Source of the DNA: Thermoproteota archaeon
GTDB lineage: Archaea > Korarchaeota > Korarchaeia > Korarchaeales > Korarchaeaceae
NCBI GenBank assembly: GCA_027491415.1
Contig: JAOZFH010000054.1
Location: forward strand, 1-33,629
DNA length: 33,629 nt
Direction: 5' to 3'
The translations under genes were made by a program, and so were the position numbers. The notes beneath the pieces were generated by a model, which saw only the letters and a list, made by a program, of their open reading frames with translations, did not search any database and had not been told where the DNA came from. Of this stretch, positions 24,931-33,629 are shown in pieces. The stretch's first letter is position 1; each line of letters opens with the position of its first letter.

Positions 24931-26410
24931 GATGGAGGTAGTGGGTCACGTCTACGAGGAGTCCGGGTACTACAGGCCGGACTCCTTCGACGTCGTGCTC
25001 AGGGAGGGCGCATCCGTCGAGCCCGGGGAGTTCCTCTGGGTCGCGGCAGAGGGCAGGAGGGTCTACTACCAGGTGGTGGAGGTCGTCGTTCGAAGGCGGC
25101 CGGCCGCCTACGACGAGATCATGCTGAAGACCGGGAGGGCGGTGAGGGACGAGGAGTCCGACTTCCCCAGGGCCAGGGTGGAGCAGGTGGGGTACGTGTC
25201 GGGCAGGAGGCTCGACAGCTACACCGGCCTGATCAGACCCCACCAGGAGGTCTACCGGGCCGAGGAGGAGGACCTCGACGCTCTGCTGTCTTGGAGGCGC
25301 GGCGAGGCGTCCGGGCCCACGGTGCTCCTGGGGGAGGTGAGGCCCGGCGGCCTGAAGCTGAGGCTCAGGGCGTGGGACCTCATGAGGAGGGGGCTCGTGG
25401 TCTTCGGAGGGGTCGGCTCTGGCAAGACGACGACCATGCTCAACCTGGTGGTCAGGCTGCTCGACGAGGTGAGGTCGGCCGGGGGGACCCCGAGCGCGCT
25501 CGTGATCGACAAGGACGGGGAGTACGGCCCGGTCCTGTCGGAGAGGTTCTCCGCCGAGGTCCTAGACGCCAGCTCCCTGATCCCCTCCGGAGAGGGTGAG
25601 GACGTCTACTCCAGGCTCAGGGATCTGCTCGGCCTCTCCGGCTCCTCGAGGGAGGCCAAGGCCCTCAAGAGCGCTGTCATGTCCACCCTCGGAGGCCTCA
25701 AGGGCTCCTTCGACAGGGTGACCGTCTCGGCGATCCTGGAGAGGCTCAAGAGTTCCGGGTCGAGCGAGGCAGCCTCCCTGGCGGCCCAGATCCGCGGCGC
25801 CATCGACTCGATCCCCGAGCCCAGAGAGGGGGTTCCCGCGAACTCCCTAGACGGGGTGGTGAGCGGCCGGACGGTGGTGATCGACCTGACCAAGGTCGAC
25901 GACTGGGACGCAGCGTACCTGGCCATTTCGGAGGCGCTGCAGGCCTGCTACAGGAGGGCACTCTCCGACAGGAGCTTCGGCCTTTTGGTGGCGATGGACG
26001 AGGCCCACCTGTTCGCCCCGGAGAGGGGCGGAGTCTCGCTGGCCGAGGATCAGGCCACCAAGATACTCAGATCGACGATCAAGATAGTCGCCACGACCGG
26101 GCCGAGGAACGGGATGACCCCGTTCATCGCGACCCAGAGGCCGGCGCTCATCGACAAGACGGTGACCACGCAGCTGGGTCAGAACGTCGTGAGCCACAGG
26201 GTCGAGGACGTGGATCTAGAGAGGGTGGGGGAGATGATAGGAAAGATGGCGGAAGCCGTTCGGCTGTTTCCCGAGGGCAGGGCAGTGGTGAAGAGCACGG
26301 CGGCCCCCCTCCCGAGGCCTGTCGTGGTCGACGTGTCCGCTGAGGTGTTCCCGGCCTCGACCGGGTGGACGGCGCTGGATAGGTGGCTTGGGGGTTCGGG
26401 AGGCGAGTGA
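24923..26410 (+). CDS. herA: HerA/FtsK-family ATPase (HAS barrel + DUF87)
   Basis: N-terminal beta barrel (VEPGEFLWV), Walker A GGVGSGKT, LVIDKDGEY, VVIDL, Walker B VAMDEAHLFAP and ATQRP; 8-nt overlap with nurA. Confidence 0.88.
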   Translation: MSEMEVVGHVYEESGYYRPDSFDVVLREGASVEPGEFLWVAAEGRRVYYQVVEVVVRRRPAAYDEIMLKTGRAVRDEESDFPRARVEQVGYVSGRRLDSYTGLIRPHQEVYRAEEEDLDALLSWRRGEASGPTVLLGEVRPGGLKLRLRAWDLMRRGLVVFGGVGSGKTTTMLNLVVRLLDEVRSAGGTPSALVIDKDGEYGPVLSERFSAEVLDASSLIPSGEGEDVYSRLRDLLGLSGSSREAKALKSAVMSTLGGLKGSFDRVTVSAILERLKSSGSSEAASLAAQIRGAIDSIPEPREGVPANSLDGVVSGRTVVIDLTKVDDWDAAYLAISEALQACYRRALSDRSFGLLVAMDEAHLFAPERGGVSLAEDQATKILRSTIKIVATTGPRNGMTPFIATQRPALIDKTVTTQLGQNVVSHRVEDVDLERVGEMIGKMAEAVRLFPEGRAVVKSTAAPLPRPVVVDVSAEVFPASTGWTALDRWLGGSGGE

Positions 26411-26452
26411 ACTCCGGATCGAAGCTGACCCCCGGCCAGCCTGCTCGCCCTC

Positions 26453-27253
26453 TCACCCGCGGGAGAAGGTGAACGGCTTCTTCGTTATTATGAACTCGCA
26501 GTACTCGTCTCCCTTGGCCCTGCAGGCCACCTCTCGGCCGAAGCAAGGGGTGCCAAACATCTCGGAGAAGAAGCCCGTCAGGACACCCTTCAGGAAGTGG
26601 CACACCGGCTCGGGGGATGGCTCTCCAGATTCGAACGTGTTCCACAGGCGAACCCTGGCGACGCTTTTCTTCACGTCGAGTTCCACCACCTCCCCCCTCT
26701 CAATCCACCCCAGGACCACGATGACGTTCAGCGCGGCCTCCGCCAGCGCCTTCCCCTCGAGGCCAAACCTCCTCCTCCACTCCGGATAGCTCTTTCGACC
26801 GCCGTAGAGCCCGAGGAACTCGACCATCCTCTTGCCGTCGTCGCCCCACCTCTTGTACGCCTCCCTGAACACGTTGCGGAGCCAGCCCGCCCGCATCTCC
26901 ACGACCGCGTCGGGCCCGAGGAGCTGGATTCCGTGGTGCACGTCAACGACCATGTCGCCCAGGTTGGCCTCGGAGATGTGGACTTCCCTTACCCCCCTCA
27001 CGCCCGAGATCAGATCCCTGAGCTCGCCCTCGTCGACCCCCTCGCCGTCTATGAAGAAGCACCACCAAGCCACGTCTGGCCTGTCCGAGGCGTGGTGAAC
27101 TCCCCAGAGGATGTTCACACCCTTATCGGCGAGGGCGCTCGAGACCTCCGCGATCCTGCCCGGTGTGTTCTCCGCCAGGATGGATATCTCAAGAATCCTC
27201 TTCCCCCCTGACTCGAAGAGCCTCGGGAAGAACAGATTGTGCCTGTGTTCCAT
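26453..27253 (-). CDS. ACT + V4R (4-vinyl reductase) domain protein
   Basis: ENTPGRIAEVSSALADKGVNIL (ACT); NTFES..PVCHFLKGVLTGFF..EVACRAKGDEYCEF (V4R). Confidence 0.88.
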   Translation of the reverse strand: MEHRHNLFFPRLFESGGKRILEISILAENTPGRIAEVSSALADKGVNILWGVHHASDRPDVAWWCFFIDGEGVDEGELRDLISGVRGVREVHISEANLGDMVVDVHHGIQLLGPDAVVEMRAGWLRNVFREAYKRWGDDGKRMVEFLGLYGGRKSYPEWRRRFGLEGKALAEAALNVIVVLGWIERGEVVELDVKKSVARVRLWNTFESGEPSPEPVCHFLKGVLTGFFSEMFGTPCFGREVACRAKGDEYCEFIITKKPFTFSRG

Positions 27254-27334
27254 CCCCTAAACCGATCGTTTTAGCCCCCCATTCGTTATTAAAGATAAAG
27301 GCGATCCTTCGCGCAAGGGTCGCCCGCTGAGGGC

Positions 27335-28096
27335 CTACCCGACCCTCCTCCCCACCAGTATCATCCTGGGGCTCGTGACTGAGTACGGCGAAGCGTCGTA
27401 GTCACCGTACGCGGCCTGAACCTCCAGCCCGGCCTCCTTCATGAGCGCGGTGAGTTCTCTGAGCGAGTAGAGCCTGAGGCTTATGCTCCTCTCCCCCTTG
27501 AACTCCCTGGACTTGAAGAAGATCCTCCTGTCGGTGATCCGGCCGGCCTCCAGGTCTAGGATCTCCTCCCCCAGGACCAGGAGGTCTCCCCAGCCCTCCC
27601 ACCATCTCCACCTCTCGGATCCGTGGGCCGCGGCCAGGGCGACGAGCCTCTCCCTGTTCCTGACGTCTATCAGGAGCCTCCCGCCGACCTTGAGGGAAGA
27701 GGTCGCCTCGCTGAGCACCCTCACGTTGTCCTCGTCGTCGTAGAACCCGAAGCTCGTGTAGAACATGTAGGCGCCGTCGAACTCGGACCTCCAAGGCATG
27801 TGCCTCATGTCCCCGGGTACGAAGTCAACCGAAACCCCAAGCTCTCTCGCCTTTGCCCTCCCTATCTCTAGGTACGCTGGATTTATGTCCAGCCCTACGA
27901 CCTGGAGCCCCATCTCGGCCAGCACTACCGCGTGCCTGCCGTAGCCGCAGCCTATGTCCAGCACCCTGTCTCCGGGCTTGAGGTCAAGGGCCTTTACGAT
28001 GAACTCGGCCTCTCTCCGGGTCTCGTCCTCCGGGTGCTTACTCTGCTGGTACTCCATGTACAGCTCGTCGAAGTATGACAGGATGCCCCCGGCCAT
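27335..28096 (-). CDS. Class I SAM-dependent methyltransferase
   Basis: VLDIGCGYGRH, VGLDIN, GDMR, FYTSFGF, LKVGGRLLID. Start set at ATG 28096, downstream of the TTATAT box. Confidence 0.9.
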   Translation of the reverse strand: MAGGILSYFDELYMEYQQSKHPEDETRREAEFIVKALDLKPGDRVLDIGCGYGRHAVVLAEMGLQVVGLDINPAYLEIGRAKARELGVSVDFVPGDMRHMPWRSEFDGAYMFYTSFGFYDDEDNVRVLSEATSSLKVGGRLLIDVRNRERLVALAAAHGSERWRWWEGWGDLLVLGEEILDLEAGRITDRRIFFKSREFKGERSISLRLYSLRELTALMKEAGLEVQAAYGDYDASPYSVTSPRMILVGRRVG

Positions 28097-28119
28097 CGCG
28101 CCCCCCTCGAAGGGGGACC

Positions 28120-28125
28120 ATATAA
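28120..28125. promoter_or_regulatory. Central TATA-like box (ATATAA/TTATAT) between divergent methyltransferase and EamA genes
   Basis: Only AT-rich element in the 64-bp spacer. Confidence 0.5.
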
Positions 28126-28160
28126 GGAGGGGCGCCGGTGCTGGGGGCCGGGAGTCAAAG

Positions 28161-29013
28161 ATGTTGACCATTCCCCCCGAGGCCATGGCCCTGGCCAACG
28201 CGGCCCTGACCGGCTTGACCCCCGTCATCCTGAAGGGGCCCACGTCGAGGCGCGATCCCGCCGCGCTCAACCTTGTGAGGTTCGCGACGGCCGCCTTGGT
28301 CCTCGTCCCACTGGCTTGGAGCGACCTTCGTAAGGCTGACGCAAGGCTCTTCGTGCTGGGAACCGTGGCGGCGATCCTCGGGCACGGCCTGGCGTGGTAC
28401 GTTTACTTGAAGGCGCTGGGCCTCACCGACGTGACGGTGGTGTCGCCGCTCACCAACGCCTACCCCCTCTTCTCGGCCCCCATATACCTGCTGGTCTCAG
28501 GCGTGCCGCCGTCCCCTCAGATCGTCGCCGGGACTATTGCCGTGGTGCTCGGCGTGGGCCTCGTCGCGGGGTCGGACAGGCCTCGGGGCGGCGGAAGGAT
28601 CTCTCTCGGGGCGCTCCTCTCAATCGCTGTGGCGGCCGTATGGGGGCTCAACACGGTCTTGTTCAAGCTCGCCCTCTCGGGGGGGAGGCGCCCTCGCCCT
28701 CGCCGCGCTGAGGGCGTCGGTCGCGACTGCGCTGCTGGCGGCGATCGTACTCTTCCGGAGGGGTCTGAGGCTCTCCCCAGCCGACGCAGCCGCGGCCTCC
28801 GGCGTCGGCCTCCTGGGGGACTCTCTTGCCATGGGCCCGATGCTCCTGGCCCTTGATCTCGGAGATCCCTACGTAATAGTGCCTCTCACGGCTACCACTC
28901 CGATCTTCGCATCCGTATTCGCAGGCGGCCTTCTTAGAGAGAAGTTCGGGGCGCGGAGAGTTGCTGGGATACTCCTCACCACACTCGGGGGCGCGCTGCT
29001 TGGTTCAGCCTAA
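28161..29013 (+). pseudogene. EamA/DMT family transporter with a single +1 frameshift at G7 (28679-28685)
   Basis: First EamA repeat (YLKALGLTDVTVVSPL..YPLF) is in one frame and the second (LALDLGDPYVIVPLTATTPIFA..LLREK) in the next. Removing one G restores a continuous ORF. Confidence 0.8.
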
Positions 29014-29061
29014 GCTCAGTCGACCGAAATACGGTTAATTTACCGATCCGTCAAAGGCCGC

Positions 29062-30369
29062 GTGTGGGACCACAGCCGAATCGCGGCCGCGATATGCCTC
29101 CTCTGGCTCGCAGCCGTGGCCGGGATGTGCGCGTACTACGGCTTGTGGAGGTTGCCCCGCCTTGAAAAGATCGATCCGGTTGACGTCGCGCTCGAGTCTG
29201 GGGCCATTGCGATCCTATCAATGGCGCTCATTTCCTCCATCGTCCTATACAGGCTGGGAGCGGGAGAGGTCTTCCCAGCCTGGAGTGTTCTCCCTCTGAT
29301 CTCCGGGGTCGTCCTCTCGGGACTCCTCTGTGACTTTCTCGATGAATTCTACGAACTCCCCTGGGTGCTGATGGGGCCTGTCCAGATAGTTCCCCCAATT
29401 ATGGGGACGTTTCTGCTCGTTCACCTGATGAAGGGATGGTACGAGATGTACCCGGAGCGCCCGCGGGCTAGGTGGGATGTAAGGTTGGTCCTAGCCTTCT
29501 ACTCCCTCTACGGCTCTGCCCTCGTCGCCTCCATAGCCACGTCGAGTCCGCCGGCGCAGCCTCCCCCTCTCACCCCCGGAGAGGTCGTAGCCAGCTCCGA
29601 GCCCCTGTTGTTCGCTGTCCTCCTGGCTGGGGGCCTCTACCTCTACTCGGGCGAGGCCTCCCGATATGTGCCCATCCAGCTGGTGCTGGGCGGATTCCTC
29701 CTTCTGGTTCTGCTGCCTCTCACCGAGACCATGAAAGATCTCCTAGGTTGGATGGATCCGTTGGTTGACACGCTCGGTCGGGACGTGGCCCCGGCGGTGT
29801 TCTACGCCTCCTTCTACATGGCCTTCGTGGAGGCCTTCAGGCGGGCCGCCTGCCCGCAAGCCCTGAGGGTGCCAAAGGTCTACGAGGCGGTCAGCCTCAT
29901 GAAGATCAGGCCCAGAGCGGACTCTTGGCCTTCGGCGGTCAGCGCGATCAGAAAGCTCTCGGAGTCGAAAGGCATACCCGTCGTGCTCCTCACGAGGCCG
30001 GGCTCACCTCTATTCACGATCGCCCACAAGGAGGACCTGCCGAAGATTTACGTCCTGCTCAGGCCAGGCGCCTCATTCCGGAAGATCGATGAGTCCACGT
30101 ATGAGGTACCCCTGGAGCCGGCGTTCATCGAGGGGGTGCTCAGGGACATTCTGAGGGGTCAGGAGGAGAGGGCTCTGGTGGTCTTCGACTCCATCACGGA
30201 CGCCATCGCCCTGCTGGACAGGAAGCGCGCATACGAGCTGATACGCCGACTGTCCGACCTGATAAAGGAAAGGGAGTCCTCCGGGGTCTTCATAGTGGTG
30301 CCGGAGGCGCACGACGAGCAGACGCGGGCGCTGATAGAGAAGATGTTCGAGAGATCCTCCGAGGTGTAG
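29062..30369 (+). CDS. Multi-TM protein with C-terminal DUF835 / inactive KaiC-RecA-like domain
   Basis: About 8 TMs, then VVLLTRPGSPL..LVVFDSITD..AYELIRRL..VFIVVPEAHDEQ; no Walker A. Confidence 0.75.
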   Translation: MWDHSRIAAAICLLWLAAVAGMCAYYGLWRLPRLEKIDPVDVALESGAIAILSMALISSIVLYRLGAGEVFPAWSVLPLISGVVLSGLLCDFLDEFYELPWVLMGPVQIVPPIMGTFLLVHLMKGWYEMYPERPRARWDVRLVLAFYSLYGSALVASIATSSPPAQPPPLTPGEVVASSEPLLFAVLLAGGLYLYSGEASRYVPIQLVLGGFLLLVLLPLTETMKDLLGWMDPLVDTLGRDVAPAVFYASFYMAFVEAFRRAACPQALRVPKVYEAVSLMKIRPRADSWPSAVSAIRKLSESKGIPVVLLTRPGSPLFTIAHKEDLPKIYVLLRPGASFRKIDESTYEVPLEPAFIEGVLRDILRGQEERALVVFDSITDAIALLDRKRAYELIRRLSDLIKERESSGVFIVVPEAHDEQTRALIEKMFERSSEV

Positions 30370-30472
30370 CCCCCAAGAGATTTTACGGTCGCCGGAGGGG
30401 GTTCGCCCAAGTTGGGCAACTACATCTCACATCCGGATATATTCTGCCCCCACGGGGGCACGCCGAGGGTGG

Positions 30473-31507
30473 ATGGATCGCCAGACTGAGCGAATATCAA
30501 GAGAGGTTTCTCTCGAGGTCGTGAGGTCCAGCAGACTCGAATCTCCGCTTGTGATGGCTGACAGGCTCTCTAGAGTGATGGGGACCGAGGTTTACCTTAA
30601 GCTCGAGTCCAGGAACCCGAGCGGATCTCAGAAGGACAGGGCGGCCTTGGCGAACGTCCTCTACGCGAAGAGGGAGGGCAAGCGGGTCGTGACCGCCGGG
30701 ACCTGCGGGAACTACGGCGCCGCCCTGGCCTACTACGCCTCCAAATATGGGCTCGAGGCTCACATATTCATTCCCGCCGGATTCACGGGCAGGCGGGTGG
30801 CGTACATGGAGTCGCTGGGGGCCCGCGTGGTCAGGGTGGAGGGGCACTACGAGGACGCCGTGGAGACGAGTTCCAAGCTGGCTAGGGAGCGAGGCTGGCA
30901 CGACGCCAATCCCGGGGGTCTGGGAGGTAGACTGGGCATTCTCGGATACATGTCCATCGCCCGCGAGCTCGTAGACCGACTGGGAGGCGTCCCGGAGGAG
31001 GTCTACGTCCCGGTGGGGAACGGGACCACCCTTGCCGGAATATGGCGGGGGTTCCTAGAACTAAGGAGAGAGGGCAAGATATCGAGACTCCCGAGGATGA
31101 TCGGAGTCACGACGAAAGCGGGGAACCCCGTGCTCACGTCATTTCAGAGGGGCCTCAGCAGGGCGGAGGAGCTCGATCCGTCGAGAATAGTCGAGACGGA
31201 GATAAACGAGCCGCTGGTTAACTACAGGGCCTACGACGGGGACGAGGCTCTCCGGGCCATCTTGGATAGCGGCGGCGCGGTCTACGGCTACGCGGACAGG
31301 GAACTCGCAGTGGCGGCGCGGCTCTTCGTCGAGTTATCCGAGGTCAGGCCGATTCCCGCGTCTGCCTCGGTGCTCCTCCCCGGGATCTCGAGAGAGCCGC
31401 AGGGCGAGGGCCCGTGGGTGCTGGTGATCACTCAGGAGGAGGACGTCGACGTCGGCCCCGGGGCCGGTGCCGACTTTAAGGGCACGACCCGCCCGTCGCC
31501 TGGATAG
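30473..31507 (+). CDS. Fold-type II PLP enzyme, threonine synthase-like
   Basis: YLKLESRNPSGSQKDR, GTCGNYG, VPVGNGTT, PASAS. Confidence 0.85.
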   Translation: MDRQTERISREVSLEVVRSSRLESPLVMADRLSRVMGTEVYLKLESRNPSGSQKDRAALANVLYAKREGKRVVTAGTCGNYGAALAYYASKYGLEAHIFIPAGFTGRRVAYMESLGARVVRVEGHYEDAVETSSKLARERGWHDANPGGLGGRLGILGYMSIARELVDRLGGVPEEVYVPVGNGTTLAGIWRGFLELRREGKISRLPRMIGVTTKAGNPVLTSFQRGLSRAEELDPSRIVETEINEPLVNYRAYDGDEALRAILDSGGAVYGYADRELAVAARLFVELSEVRPIPASASVLLPGISREPQGEGPWVLVITQEEDVDVGPGAGADFKGTTRPSPG

Positions 31508-31509
31508 AG

Positions 31510-32277
31510 TTGGGCAGGATCAGGTTCATCTTGGCGACCAGGGGAGAACTCTTCGGGCTGGACTATCTACTGGACGACTCAGGCGTGCAGGAGAGCCTGA
31601 TCGCTCTCAGGAGGAAGATTATCGGCCTGGATAGCCTTCCCGAGAAGGGAAGGATGCTCTTGGAGCTGGGTCTGATCACCGACGAGGGACTTGCGTTCCC
31701 GATGGTGCTGGATGAGGACTACCGGACACTGAGGAGAGACGTCGAGGCGCTCGGTGAGGAGATCTCAGGCGAGGTCGAGGACTCCCTTGCGGACTCGGTT
31801 GACTCGAGGGAGGAGAGGTGCGCTGCGGTGCTGGGCGAGCTGGACGCGGCCCTCGACGCAGCGCTCGTTGAGGAGCAGGGGCTCAGGCCGCTCAGGCTCG
31901 CGCGGGGGGAGGTGTTCATATGCGGATTCGAGGGGGCCCGGGGGCCCGCGCTGACATCGGAGTGCCACGAGATCGAGGGCGGCCTGAGGTGCATGGTCGA
32001 GTACGGGGAGGGCGGGGAGGTCGTGAGGGCGACCCTCGGGAGAGGCTCCGCGGCCTCGGCCGAGTCCCCCCTGATGACGGAGCTGGCCGACAGGATCTCC
32101 CGCCTGTCCGTCGAGAGGGCCGGCCTCTGGGCCAGAGAGCTGGGGTTCACCGGCCCGAAGGGAGACCTCTTCGCCTACGGGTTCTCGAAGCTCGTCTACG
32201 AGTCGATCGTCTCGATCCTCTCGAGGAGGGGGTTCCTGCCGGGGGCGGTCAGGCTGGTGTATGAGGTCTACTGGTGA
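31510..32277 (+). CDS. Hypothetical acidic protein
   Basis: 255-aa ORF with host-like codon use, 2 nt after the upstream stop; TTTAAG at about 31475-31480 could be its own promoter. Confidence 0.65.
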   Translation: MGRIRFILATRGELFGLDYLLDDSGVQESLIALRRKIIGLDSLPEKGRMLLELGLITDEGLAFPMVLDEDYRTLRRDVEALGEEISGEVEDSLADSVDSREERCAAVLGELDAALDAALVEEQGLRPLRLARGEVFICGFEGARGPALTSECHEIEGGLRCMVEYGEGGEVVRATLGRGSAASAESPLMTELADRISRLSVERAGLWARELGFTGPKGDLFAYGFSKLVYESIVSILSRRGFLPGAVRLVYEVYW

Positions 32278-33078
32278 TCGCCGCGCCGGGGCTAAGGTCA
32301 GGCGGCTGAACACGTCTGCCAGGGCTCTAACCCTCTCCGGGTCAACGGGGTTCTCCGTGACGCCTCCCTCCTTGAGCCAGGTGCCCACTATCGCCCCGTC
32401 GGCCCACCTCAAGAGCTCAACCGCGTTGTCGGGGGTTACCCCGCTCCCGACTAGCACCGGCCTGTCTCCCGCCGCCTCCTTGGCCCTCCGCACCTTCTCG
32501 CGCTCTGGGGGCCTGCCCGTCTCACTCCCCGTCACCACCACGCCGTCCGCCCTCCCCCTGACCAAGGCGGCCCTCACAACCTCCTCCAAGCTCATTCCGT
32601 GCAGGGGCGTGGCGTGCTTGCACATCACGTCGGCGAGCACGAGGACGTCGGACCCCAGAAGCCTCTTGAGCTCCTGAACCTCAGCCGCGGCGGGCCTCAG
32701 GATCCCCTGATCCGAGGCGAGGACCTCCACGTAGGCGTTGCACCTGATGAATCTAGCACCCGACGTCTCTGCCACGGCGACGGCGGCCGGGCAGTCGTTC
32801 CGGAGGACGTTGACGCCGACGGGGATGTCGACCTCCCTGGCAACCCTCGAGGCAATCGCGGCCATGGCAGCGACGGCGGCGGGGCCGACCCTCTCCCTGA
32901 ACGGGGAGTCGCCGTAGTTCTCAACGATCAGGGCGTCGGACCCGCCGGCCTCCAGGGCCCTAGCGTCTCTGGTGGCCCTGGAGATGATTTCGGCCATGTC
33001 CCCCGAGTAGCGGGGGGATCCTGGGAGCGGAAGCAGGTGAACGACGCCTATCAGCGCCTTCTTGGAGCCGAAAAGCAT
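31765..33078 (-). CDS. btpA: BtpA/SgcQ family protein (homology ends near 32300; frame stays open to 31765)
   Basis: IGVVHLLPLPGSP, IVENYGDSPF, GVNVLRND, ADVMCKHA, VVTGSETG, GSGVT, ADGAIVGT, VDPERV. Start ATG 33078. Confidence 0.85.
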   Translation of the reverse strand: MLFGSKKALIGVVHLLPLPGSPRYSGDMAEIISRATRDARALEAGGSDALIVENYGDSPFRERVGPAAVAAMAAIASRVAREVDIPVGVNVLRNDCPAAVAVAETSGARFIRCNAYVEVLASDQGILRPAAAEVQELKRLLGSDVLVLADVMCKHATPLHGMSLEEVVRAALVRGRADGVVVTGSETGRPPEREKVRRAKEAAGDRPVLVGSGVTPDNAVELLRWADGAIVGTWLKEGGVTENPVDPERVRALADVFSRLTLAPARRSPVDLIHQPDRPRQEPPPREDRDDRLVDELREPVGEEVSLRAGEPQLSGPEAGPLDGQAGDPVGQLRHQGGLGRGRGASPEGRPHDLPALPVLDHAPQAALDLVALRCQRGPPGPLESAYEHLPPREPERPEPLLLNERCVEGRVQLAQHRSAPLLPRVNRVRKGVLDLA

Positions 33079-33153
33079 CCCGCCCACTCCCTCGGGCAGG
33101 TAAAAATCTCGACCCCATCAGCGGAGTTCGCCGAGCCTGGATCTCACGTCGTC

Positions 33154-33629
33154 CTAGCTGGGCATCGCCACGCTGGATCCCCTCCTCCCTACCTTGAGCC
33201 CCGCGACGACGTTGGCCAGCCTGCAAGAATCCCTGATGGTCATCCCCCGAGCGAGGCCCACGGCCAGCCCGGCGGCGAAGGCGTCCCCAGCGCCAGTCGA
33301 GTCGATGGCCCTCACCCGGATGGCCGGGATGACCTCTCCGGACGGGAGCCGGCACCCCCTCCCCCCCAGCTTTATCACAGACTTCGAGGACACGCTCTCC
33401 CGCAGCCCGATCCGCCTGAGGGCCTCAACCTCAGATAGGTTCGGCAGGATGAGGTCGCTGGCACCCAGCGCCTCCGAGAGCGTGGCCTCGGGGATCGCCC
33501 GCACGGCCGGGGAGGGGTCGAACATAACGACTCCGCCCGCGGAGCCGACCTCTGTGGCCATCCCAAGGATAGCCTCCCTGTGGCGCCCCGGAAGGAGGGA
33601 GTACCCGGCGAAGTGGAAGACCCGCGCCC
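33154..33629 (-). CDS. PfkB/ribokinase family carbohydrate kinase, 5'-truncated by window edge
   Basis: Frame open to the window end; FDPSP, PNLSE, IKLGGRG, DSTGAGDAF. Confidence 0.9.
   Translation of the reverse strand, partial: ARVFHFAGYSLLPGRHREAILGMATEVGSAGGVVMFDPSPAVRAIPEATLSEALGASDLILPNLSEVEALRRIGLRESVSSKSVIKLGGRGCRLPSGEVIPAIRVRAIDSTGAGDAFAAGLAVGLARGMTIRDSCRLANVVAGLKVGRRGSSVAMPS

Noticed and set aside
27954-28270. N-terminal extensions of EamA and the methyltransferase in the ORF track
   Set aside because: They are mutual antisense overlaps; 28161 and 28096 fit the domain boundaries and the promoter position.
1-33629. CRISPR array, tRNA/rRNA, IS element, integrase
   Set aside because: I saw no regularly spaced repeats, cloverleaf or rRNA signatures, terminal inverted repeats or transposase/integrase motifs. 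Nearly all the DNA is assigned to CDS.

Overview
GC-rich, gene-dense chromosomal window from an archaeon, probably a thermophile of the TACK type (inference). The evidence is AGG/ATA codon use, TATA-like boxes about 25-35 nt upstream of apparently leaderless starts, a tungsten formaldehyde:ferredoxin oxidoreductase, an aaRS-like asparagine synthetase and DUF835/V4R proteins. It holds about 30 intact CDS: an MNT-like/HEPN pair, FOR, a TrkA-N protein, three ABC systems, adenine deaminase, a FucI-like isomerase, a PLP threonine-synthase-like enzyme, BtpA and a PfkB kinase. It also holds several broken genes: a STAND/TPR-like gene, an HTH_10 remnant, an asnC::asnA deletion-fusion and a frameshifted EamA. 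I saw no rRNA, tRNA, CRISPR array or transposase. The two best candidates for an undescribed system are (i) a translationally coupled MacB/FtsX permease + ATPase with an extra helical tail + a 746-aa sequon-rich, membrane-anchored coiled-coil hairpin protein (15088-19347), and (ii) a Mre11/Rad50-free, motif-deviant NurA-HerA pair sharing a 52-bp divergent spacer with a DUF429 RNase H-fold nuclease and an MBL-fold hydrolase (22268-26410). All family calls come from reading motifs by eye; no database search was run.
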